From positions 224,001-288,000 of the forward strand of contig CAVTET010000004.1 in NCBI GenBank assembly GCA_963733675.1: 64,000 nucleotides of DNA. The letters run 5' to 3'. Made by a program: the position numbers and the translations under genes. Shown one piece after another: positions 56,873-64,000 of the stretch. Positions within the stretch are counted from its first letter, which is position 1. Each line of letters opens with the position of its first letter. A model generated the notes under the pieces. It worked only from the letters and a program-made list of their open reading frames with translations, searched no databases and had not been told where the DNA came from. Source of the DNA: an uncultured Methanosarcinaceae archaeon (GTDB taxonomy: Archaea; Halobacteriota; Methanosarcinia; Methanosarcinales; Methanosarcinaceae).

Positions 56873-57020
56873 GGTTCCGTTGCAAAATAATATTTTTGCA
56901 TTTTGACACTATAATTTCCGCCTTTATGTGTCATTTTTTTCTAATGAAAATGATTAACTTTCCGAATTGTAAAGATATTTTCTGATTTTGCAAGAAAGCC
57001 ATATTTTTTGCACCAGAGCC
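56873..57020. mobile_element. IS6-derived non-autonomous mini-element
   Basis: Ends GGTTCCGTTGCAAAA and TTTTGCACCAGAGCC (12/15 inverted repeat); 148 bp; non-coding. Confidence 0.6.
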
Positions 57021-57122
57021 CTGAAACCTATATCAAAGTAAAAGGTAAATTGAAATATTTTTACCGAGCAGTTGACTCAAATGGAGATACAATTGATTTC
57101 ATGTTAAGTGCAAAACGAAACC
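57021..57122 (+). pseudogene. IS6 transposase internal fragment
   Basis: ETYIKVKGKLKYFYRAVDSNGDTIDFMLSAKR, nearly identical to the other IS6 copies. Confidence 0.85.
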
Positions 57123-57814
57123 GGATGAATAGCTAATGATTGTTTGATAAAATTTATGTTTTCTTGTCTTCATTGATGCATAGGTTTTATAGCAAAAAAT
57201 ATGCATAAACTAGAAAATAAAAGTTTTTTCGCGTTTTTTTAGATCTTAAATTGATTGTAGTTAATTGCGAGTTAAATTAACGATAAATTTTGGCAATCAC
57301 AGAAAATAGTAAAAGATTTCCGAAAACAATAAAAATATTTTTAGTATTAGATAGTTGTTTATTTTAAAATAATCTTTGGGAAAGTAATTTTTAATTAGAA
57401 ACTATTAAAAATAATTATTCAGTTGAAAAGTGATTACTTCAAGAAATTAACATCGAATCGAAATTTGATTTCCCCACAATATATTTTTGGTAAGATTATA
57501 CGTATTGCACATCAATTTAGAAATTGAAAGTATAAATTTTCCACTTAAAATAGCAAAGAGCGTATAATCTTAATTTATTTTGCTTCTTTAGGAAAAGCAT
57601 AATGTTAGGTTCTAACAAGTTTGGAAATAATAAAAAATAATTATTAATATTTAATTGCTCTTTGAATGTGAAATATTTAATGCAGCATTATTTTTCGTTT
57701 AGAAACTTTTTTTCGTATCATTAATTTAAAATAATGACGGTGACAAAAATAACACACCAATAAGCATGTACATCATCAGCACATAAAAATTGAGCAAAAA
57801 TAGGTATATAATTA

Positions 57815-58864
57815 ATGGGAAAACACGCATTTGAGAAGACAAAAAAGATACTGAATATTTTAACGATAATTTTTTGTTTTTTGATTTTGGCAACTATCCC
57901 AATCGCTGTGTGTTATGCAAAAGCACCAACCGAAGTTACAATGCCAGTTCCCACACTGGCTCCTATACCAATCAATGCAACAACAAACTACCAAGATTCT
58001 CAATGGTTGGCAATGTATCTATCAAATTCACTTGTTGTAACTAATGATATGAAATACCTAGGTACTGCATTAATAAACAACAATTTTACATCAGCTAACA
58101 ACGAGTTCACGTCAGTCTCTACATGTGCAAATACTTTAGACATAAATAGCCAGAAAGCTATAAATGATAGTGATTTATACAGTGTATCACCTGATTTACA
58201 AAGCGCAAAAGATGAATATCGACTACAAATGGTACAGGCCAAAAGTGCAGCAGTTTATATTTATCATGGAATCGAAGCTTATAATAAAGGAGATATTGAA
58301 GCCGGAAACTCGTATATGGAACAAGCTGTTCATAGTCTTTATTTAGTCACAAAACATGCTAATAAAACGGAAAAACTATTAAAAGCTTATATTCCTGCCT
58401 TGATCCAAGTACCAATCAATGCAACAACAAACTACCAAGATTCTCAATGGTTAGCAACGTATCTATCAAATTCACTTGTTGTAGCTAATGACATGAAATT
58501 CCTAGGTACTGCGTTAATGAACAACAATTTTACATCAGCTAACAACGATTTCACGTCAGTCTCTACATATGCAAATACTTTATATAAAGATAGCCAGAAA
58601 GCTATAAATGATAGTGATTTATACAGTGTATCGCCTGATTTACAAAGTGCAAAAGATGAATATCGACTACAAATGATACAAGCCAAAAATGCAGCCGTTT
58701 ATAATTATCATGGAATCGAATCTTATAAAAAAGGAGATATTGAAGCCGGAGACTCTGAGATGAAACAAGCTATTCAAAGTATTAATTCCATCACAGAACA
58801 TGCTAATAAAACGGCAAAGCTACTGAAAGCGGTTCCGTTGCAAAAAATTCAAAAAAATATGTGA
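57815..58864 (+). CDS. Secreted protein with a tandemly duplicated 148-aa helical domain; C-terminus replaced by IS6 sequence
   Basis: Signal peptide; repeats start at 57968 and 58412 (444-bp period); IS6 IR begins at 58831. Confidence 0.8.
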   Translation: MGKHAFEKTKKILNILTIIFCFLILATIPIAVCYAKAPTEVTMPVPTLAPIPINATTNYQDSQWLAMYLSNSLVVTNDMKYLGTALINNNFTSANNEFTSVSTCANTLDINSQKAINDSDLYSVSPDLQSAKDEYRLQMVQAKSAAVYIYHGIEAYNKGDIEAGNSYMEQAVHSLYLVTKHANKTEKLLKAYIPALIQVPINATTNYQDSQWLATYLSNSLVVANDMKFLGTALMNNNFTSANNDFTSVSTYANTLYKDSQKAINDSDLYSVSPDLQSAKDEYRLQMIQAKNAAVYNYHGIESYKKGDIEAGDSEMKQAIQSINSITEHANKTAKLLKAVPLQKIQKNM

Positions 58865-59029
58865 ATTTATAAGTAATGAATAAAAGTCAAAATATTCAAG
58901 GAAAATGTACCAACATTATAAAACTATACCAAACAATTGATTAATATATTTAACTTCATTAAGAACAGAGTAATTTAGATTATTGACTTGTCCTTTTTTG
59001 ACCACATTCATAGCTTCAATTCCTTTTAA
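58831..59029 (-). mobile_element. IS6 right-end fragment (inverted copy of the end of the adjacent IS6)
   Basis: Exact reverse complement of 59688-59886 as read by eye. Confidence 0.85.
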
Positions 59030-59886
59030 GGTTCCGTCGCAAAAAAAATTCTTTCTAATGATACAATAGAATAAAAAGAAAACCAAAGATAGTAATATGC
59101 TATCTGATTCCTTTAAATGGAAGCATTATGAAGGAGAAATTATCCTATTGAATGTAAGATGGTACTTAAAATACCCACTGAGCTATAGAAATTTAAAGGG
59201 AATGATGATAGAAAGAGGAATTCAAGTTGATCACAGTACTATAATGAGACGGGTCCATCAATATTCTCCTGAAATAGAAAAGAAGATAAGAAGACATTTA
59301 AGACCAACAAATGATTCGGGGAGAGTTGATGAAACCTATATCAAAATAAAAGGTAAATGGAAATATCTTTATCGAGCAGTTGACTCAAATGGAGATACAA
59401 TTGATTTCATGTTAAGTTAAAAACGAAATAGAAAAGCAGCGAATAGATTCTTTAAGAAAGCTTTAAGTTCAAATCATAATCAAATTCCAAGAGTAATAAC
59501 CGTTGATAAGAATCCAGCTTATCCACCTGCTATAGATAAACTGAAAAATGATAAAATACTACCTAAAAACGTAGGCATTCGACAAATCAAGTATTTGAAT
59601 AACATTATAGAACAAGATCATCGATATATAAAGCGGATAATTGCTCCAATGTTAGGATTTCAGTCTTTTCAATCTGCTAATAAAACCTTAAAAGGAATTG
59701 AAGCTATGAATGTGGTCAAAAAAGGACAAGTCAATAATCTAAATTACTCTGTTCTTAATGAAGTTAAATATATTAATCAATTGTTTGGTATAGTTTTATA
59801 ATGTTGGTACATTTTCCTTGAATATTTTGACTTTTATTCATTACTTATAAATTCACATATTTTTTTGAATTTTTTGCAACGGAACC
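59030..59886 (+). mobile_element. IS6-family insertion sequence with nonsense-mutated transposase
   Basis: IRs GGTTCCGTCGCAAAAA / TTTTTGCAACGGAACC. Confidence 0.9.
59097..59801 (+). pseudogene. IS6 transposase pseudogene
   Basis: TAA at 59418-59420 where the intact copy has TCA; same frame continues to 59801. Confidence 0.88.
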
Positions 59887-60018
59887 ATTCATAGTGTATG
59901 ACATACACAAAAAGATTGTAGAAATAATTTGCATCAAATTAAGGATTTCTACATAGCCCAATCTAAATATGTTTCCATCCCAGTAGCAAGCTGCGGTGTA
60001 TTCAACTTAAATAAGCTT

Positions 60019-60387
60019 TTATTTTTCAAGTTTTATTTCTTTCTTACCTAAATCTTCGAGACCAAAACTGCTTTTACAGTTACTTTCAATTCCTCTTGCA
60101 TTTACGCAGATCTGACATATCCTTGCCACAAAGTCGTCGACTTTGTTGTCAATCAAGTCCTGTGCAAGCTTTTCGATCAATTCCTTCGTTTCGCCCTCAA
60201 ATTCGATCCTGTACCCTCTTTTTCCCAAGATATACTGGGAAACTGCTGACGGCGCAATCCCCAGCAACTTTGCAGAAGTTGCCTGTGACTGTCCTTTATT
60301 TACAAGTTCTATTGCAAGACTGGCTCTTATTGCAGGGACAAGATCCCATACAGCCTTCTGACATGGAGTTTCCATAATCACCATCAT
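60019..60387 (-). CDS. HTH transcriptional regulator with Cys motifs (COG2522-like)
   Basis: TPC, PAIRASLA, SQATSAKLLGIAPSAVSQY (XRE-like HTH), GKRG, ICQIC; divergent from iscS. Confidence 0.82.
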   Translation of the reverse strand: MMVIMETPCQKAVWDLVPAIRASLAIELVNKGQSQATSAKLLGIAPSAVSQYILGKRGYRIEFEGETKELIEKLAQDLIDNKVDDFVARICQICVNARGIESNCKSSFGLEDLGKKEIKLEK

Positions 60388-60395
60388 ACTTACTG

Positions 60396-60411
60396 AATCA
60401 CAATTGTGAAT
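60396..60411. promoter_or_regulatory. Operator copy directly upstream of the HTH regulator
   Basis: AATCACAATTGTGAAT (15/16 match), 8 nt from the regulator start codon. Confidence 0.72.
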
Positions 60412-60578
60412 TAGTATATTGTATATCCCTATATATTACTTTCATTGTAAAAAATAATTGTACTGGGATTGAGCTACAAATTGATGATTTCTATACAAAC
60501 AGCTAGTTTTTAAAAATTTGTCTAATTTATCCTAATGTATCACACGATAAAAATTAAATAGTGATAATCTTTATGATT

Positions 60579-60594
60579 ATTAACAATTGTGAAG
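60579..60594. promoter_or_regulatory. Operator copy directly upstream of iscS
   Basis: ATTAACAATTGTGAAG (14/16 match), 8 nt before the GTG at 60603. Confidence 0.62.
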
Positions 60595-60602
60595 GTGTAG
60601 GT

Positions 60603-61787
60603 GTGACAGTTGAGAACGTGAAAATTTACATGGACAACTCTGCTACAACTCCTGTAAGAAAAGAAGTTGTCGAAAGTATGATACTTTACATGACAGAAAA
60701 TTTCGGAAACCCTTCTTCAATTCATGATCTGGGGAAAACCTCTAAACATGCAATCGAAAACGCAAGAAAAAAGGTTGCAAAAGCTATAGGTGCTGAAGAA
60801 TATGAAGTTTATTTTACATCAGGAGGGACCGAATCCAATAACTGGGCAATAAAGGGGATAGCCTTTGCAAACAGGAATAAAGGAAAACATATCATCACCT
60901 CCTCGATAGAACATCATTCAGTCCTGCACGCATGTGAATGGCTAGAAGGACAGGAATTTGAGGTAACATATCTCCCTGTGGATAAATATGGAGTAGTATC
61001 TCCTGAGGAACTTAAGAACGCAATTAGGGACGATACGATACTCATTTCCATAATGTTTGCGAATAACGAAATTGGGACAATTCAACCTGTAGAAGAAATC
61101 GGAAAAATTGCAAGAGAAAACAGAATATATTTCCATACCGATGCGGTTCAGGCAGTAGGCCATATCCCTATAGATGTCAATAAAATGAATATTGACCTTC
61201 TATCCCTTTCAGGACATAAATTCCAAGGACCTAAGGGATGCGGAGTACTCTACATAAAAACAGGAACAAAAACAGAAACGCTTATTCATGGTGGGAATCA
61301 GGAAAGAAAACGAAGGGCTGGAACCGAAAATGTCTCAGCTATTGTAGGTATTGGGAAGGTTATAGAGCTTGCAACAGGTGAGATTGAAGAATCAAACAAA
61401 ATCTTGCTTGAAATGAGAGAGAGCCTGATTAAAGGTCTTATTAAGATTCCGAAAACCCATCTTAATGGGCATCCCACACAAAGGCTTGCAAACAACATAA
61501 ATGTAACTTTTGCATACATAGAAGGGGAATCTCTTCTGCTTATGTTAAATGCGAAAGGAATTTTTGCATCTGCAGGAAGCGCTTGTAACTCTTCTTCTAT
61601 CGAAACCTCGCATGTGCTTACAGCTTGTGGAGTCACGCATGAGATAATTCGCGGTTCTTTGAGATTGAGTCTTGGAATGATGAATACCCCAGAAGATGTG
61701 GATAGGGTACTTGAGATTCTTCCTGAAATAGTGCAGAAGCTAAGAAATATGTCACCATTGACGCCTCAGGAATATAGGACTCTTTAA
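60603..61787 (+). CDS. iscS: Cysteine desulfurase (IscS/NifS type)
   Basis: YMDNSATT, GNPSS, SGGTESNN, HTDAVQ, SGHK (PLP Lys), SAGSAC catalytic Cys. Confidence 0.95.
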   Translation: MTVENVKIYMDNSATTPVRKEVVESMILYMTENFGNPSSIHDLGKTSKHAIENARKKVAKAIGAEEYEVYFTSGGTESNNWAIKGIAFANRNKGKHIITSSIEHHSVLHACEWLEGQEFEVTYLPVDKYGVVSPEELKNAIRDDTILISIMFANNEIGTIQPVEEIGKIARENRIYFHTDAVQAVGHIPIDVNKMNIDLLSLSGHKFQGPKGCGVLYIKTGTKTETLIHGGNQERKRRAGTENVSAIVGIGKVIELATGEIEESNKILLEMRESLIKGLIKIPKTHLNGHPTQRLANNINVTFAYIEGESLLLMLNAKGIFASAGSACNSSSIETSHVLTACGVTHEIIRGSLRLSLGMMNTPEDVDRVLEILPEIVQKLRNMSPLTPQEYRTL

Positions 61788-61897
61788 GAAAACGAATGAG
61801 GGAAACAAAATAAGATGGAGAATTGCTAAGAAATTTTGAGTTAGAAGAAGTTTTTTGAATAATTTGAAGATTGGAAAATATTGATAGAGGATGGCTC

Positions 61898-62278
61898 ATG
61901 GATTACAGCGCTAAAGTGATGGACCATTTTTTAAATCCCAGAAATATGGGAAGTATTGAGAACAGTGATGGAATAGGTGAGGTTGGAAACGCAAAATGCG
62001 GAGATTTAATGAAGATATTCCTCAAAATAGACGGAGATCGGATTGCAGACGTGAAGTTCCAGACGTTTGGATGCGTGGCTGCAATCGCATCAAGCAGTAT
62101 GGCAACCAAACTAATCAAAGGAAGAACTCTGGAAGAAGCTTGGAATCTTTCAAATAAAGCAGTTGCAGAAGCGCTTGATGGGCTCCCACCGACAAAAATG
62201 CACTGTTCAATGCTTGCAGAAGAAGCAGTCCATGAAGCTATTAACGACTATCTCAGAAAAAAAGGACTTGAGTCCTGA
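61898..62278 (+). CDS. iscU: Fe-S cluster scaffold IscU/NifU
   Basis: HFLNPRNMG, CGD, FGC, LPPTKMHC. Confidence 0.95.
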   Translation: MDYSAKVMDHFLNPRNMGSIENSDGIGEVGNAKCGDLMKIFLKIDGDRIADVKFQTFGCVAAIASSSMATKLIKGRTLEEAWNLSNKAVAEALDGLPPTKMHCSMLAEEAVHEAINDYLRKKGLES

Positions 62279-62529
62279 ATAGAATGATTTGTTATAACTA
62301 TTCAGCCTACTAAAAATCAACTTATTGATATTGATTTTTATGTAGCAGACAAATGCTATTACTAGCCATGCTAAAAAGCGTGATTAAAAGCCAACAATTG
62401 ATGCAAATTATTTCAGAAAAGTATCCCAATTAAATCTTAAAAAAGGTGGCTATTGATGTTTATTTATCCGCTTAGAATAGTTACTATTTACTTTAAAAAT
62501 ATCAAGGATCCAAATTTTGGAGAAGAAGA

Positions 62530-63261
62530 ATGGATAAAAATATAACTGGAAAATATATCCGGCAAATAATGCTTTTTGGAGTAGAAGGCCAGGAAAAATT
62601 AAGCAAGGCAAGAGTATTTGTTGCTGGAACAGGGGGGTTAGGGTCTCCGATCTCAACTTACCTCGCGGTTGCAGGTATCGGGGAAATAATAATTGCAGAT
62701 TTTGATATAGTAGATTCCAGCAATCTGAATAGACAGTTTCTCCACCATGAAAGAGACATTGGAAGAGATAAGGTAGAATCTGCGAAAGAAAAACTTATTT
62801 CTCTAAATCCTGAAATAAAAGTGGATACGATCAAGGAAAAAATAACTGATGAAAATGTAAGCTCAATAGTCCCTCTTTGTGACCTGATCATAGATGCGCT
62901 TGACAATTTTGAGACTAGACATTCTTTGAATAAGCTTTCAGTTGAACGAAAAATACCCCTTATTCACGGCGCAGTATCAGGGTACAGGGGCCAAGTGACA
63001 ACAGTAATCCCAGGAAAAACACCATGTCTTTGCTGTTTATTCCCTAGCTCATTCAAAAAAGAAGTATTTCCGGTACTTGGAACAACCCCAGGAGTAATTG
63101 GTGCGATTCAGGCAAATGAAGCGATTAAATATATAACAGGCCAGGGAAAGCTTCTGGAAAATCGTCTCTTGTTATGGGACGGTTTTTCATGCTCTTTTAG
63201 CGAACTAAATGTTAACAAAACAGATAATTGTCCGGTATGCGGAATTAATGGGAAAGGATGA
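62530..63261 (+). CDS. ThiF/MoeB/UbaA-family E1-like adenylyltransferase
   Basis: GTGGLG, SNLNRQ, DALDN, PCLCC and CPVC zinc motifs. Confidence 0.9.
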   Translation: MDKNITGKYIRQIMLFGVEGQEKLSKARVFVAGTGGLGSPISTYLAVAGIGEIIIADFDIVDSSNLNRQFLHHERDIGRDKVESAKEKLISLNPEIKVDTIKEKITDENVSSIVPLCDLIIDALDNFETRHSLNKLSVERKIPLIHGAVSGYRGQVTTVIPGKTPCLCCLFPSSFKKEVFPVLGTTPGVIGAIQANEAIKYITGQGKLLENRLLLWDGFSCSFSELNVNKTDNCPVCGINGKG

Positions 63262-64000
63262 TAATTAAAAACTGATTTCTTTATTTTTACTCCTGCTGTT
63301 TGATGAACAAGATTATTATGGAAAACTGGAAAATTGCAGAAGAAATAAAAAACTTAGCAAATAAACGAATACAATAATCTTTGTACATTTTTACACACAT
63401 AATAAAGTTCAGAGCATTGAGGATTTTGTTGCAGATTTTCTTTCCCCTATAAAGTAGCAGTGATCTCAAAAGTTGGGTTTATAGTTTTTGCAGGCGTTCA
63501 TTTAATGGCAGACTCGACACCAATTATTTTTATTAAAATAATAATTATTTTATCTATTCAGAATTTAGGCTACCAGTGAAAGAATCATAACTGCAAAGTA
63601 TTTTAAAATTTGAGAAGGAAAACATCTAAAAGTAATTGTCATATGCTATGTTAATAACTCAGTCATAGTAAAAGCGGAATCTTGTATCTACACAAGTCTG
63701 CACCCAATAAATGTAGTAGATTTTATTGAAAACTGGTAGAGTATTTTCATTCCAGATAAAAATCTAGAAAAATTTGTATCCCTTCACACCAACAAAAAGC
63801 ATCACAGCATAAAATTTTTTGTACGTATTGAGTGCAAGTCTGAAATTATTAAACTTGCAGACCGCGTTCTTAGCATCTGAAATTATAACAAATATAAAAA
63901 GATCATGTTCTAAGGGATTTATAATCGAAACAGAAAAAGAAATAGTTAAAAATTTGAAAAGAAAATTCTATAATAAAAAAGATGTCCTGCTTCAGAGAAG

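Noticed and set aside
51542-59886. Single compound transposon carrying larE-cysE-cysK between the outer IS6 copies
   Set aside because: No matching 8-bp target duplication at the outer ends, and the shared operator links these genes to the regulator and iscS outside the IS pair.
62392-62404. Operator copy upstream of the ThiF/UbaA gene (CAACAATTGATGC)
   Set aside because: Match is too weak to distinguish from chance.
63287-63520. 60-aa ORF or transposase remnant at the window end
   Set aside because: No convincing motif; low-complexity AT-rich sequence.

Overview
AT-rich archaeal chromosome segment. Gene content (hdrED, ahbDAB, methanogenesis marker 9, thermosome, Cdc6, EF-1beta, archaeal RNase P RNA) points to a Methanosarcina-type methanogen. 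Housekeeping blocks (cdc6/ths; DUF447-citG-marker 9-rnpB; GGR/DUF116-hdrED; tRNA-Ala-ef1b-mfnE; gltX-pyrKD-hemCL; ahbDAB-sirC-hemA) are separated by long spacers full of decayed IS5, IS1634, IS200, IS1 and IS6 elements and a dispersed ~88-bp MITE-like repeat. The right end (52-63 kb) is a sulfur/Fe-S island: truncated moaD, larE, a cysE-DUF59 fusion, cysK, a Cys-containing HTH regulator, iscS, iscU and a ThiF/UbaA enzyme. Most notable: the palindrome ATTCACAATTGTGAAT occurs four times (two exact, two near-exact), each time just downstream of a TATA-like box in this island, including in front of the HTH regulator itself. This suggests an uncharacterised archaeal sulfur/Fe-S regulon. Other notable items are a Tc-toxin (TcA) gene relic, an apparently inverted heme block lacking hemB, an IS6 copy with a ~200-bp perfect inverted duplication, a catalytic-domain-only tyrosine recombinase, a Gly/Cys/aromatic-rich secreted peptide, and two small zinc-finger ORFs missed by the ORF track. 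All calls are from reading the sequence; no searches were run.
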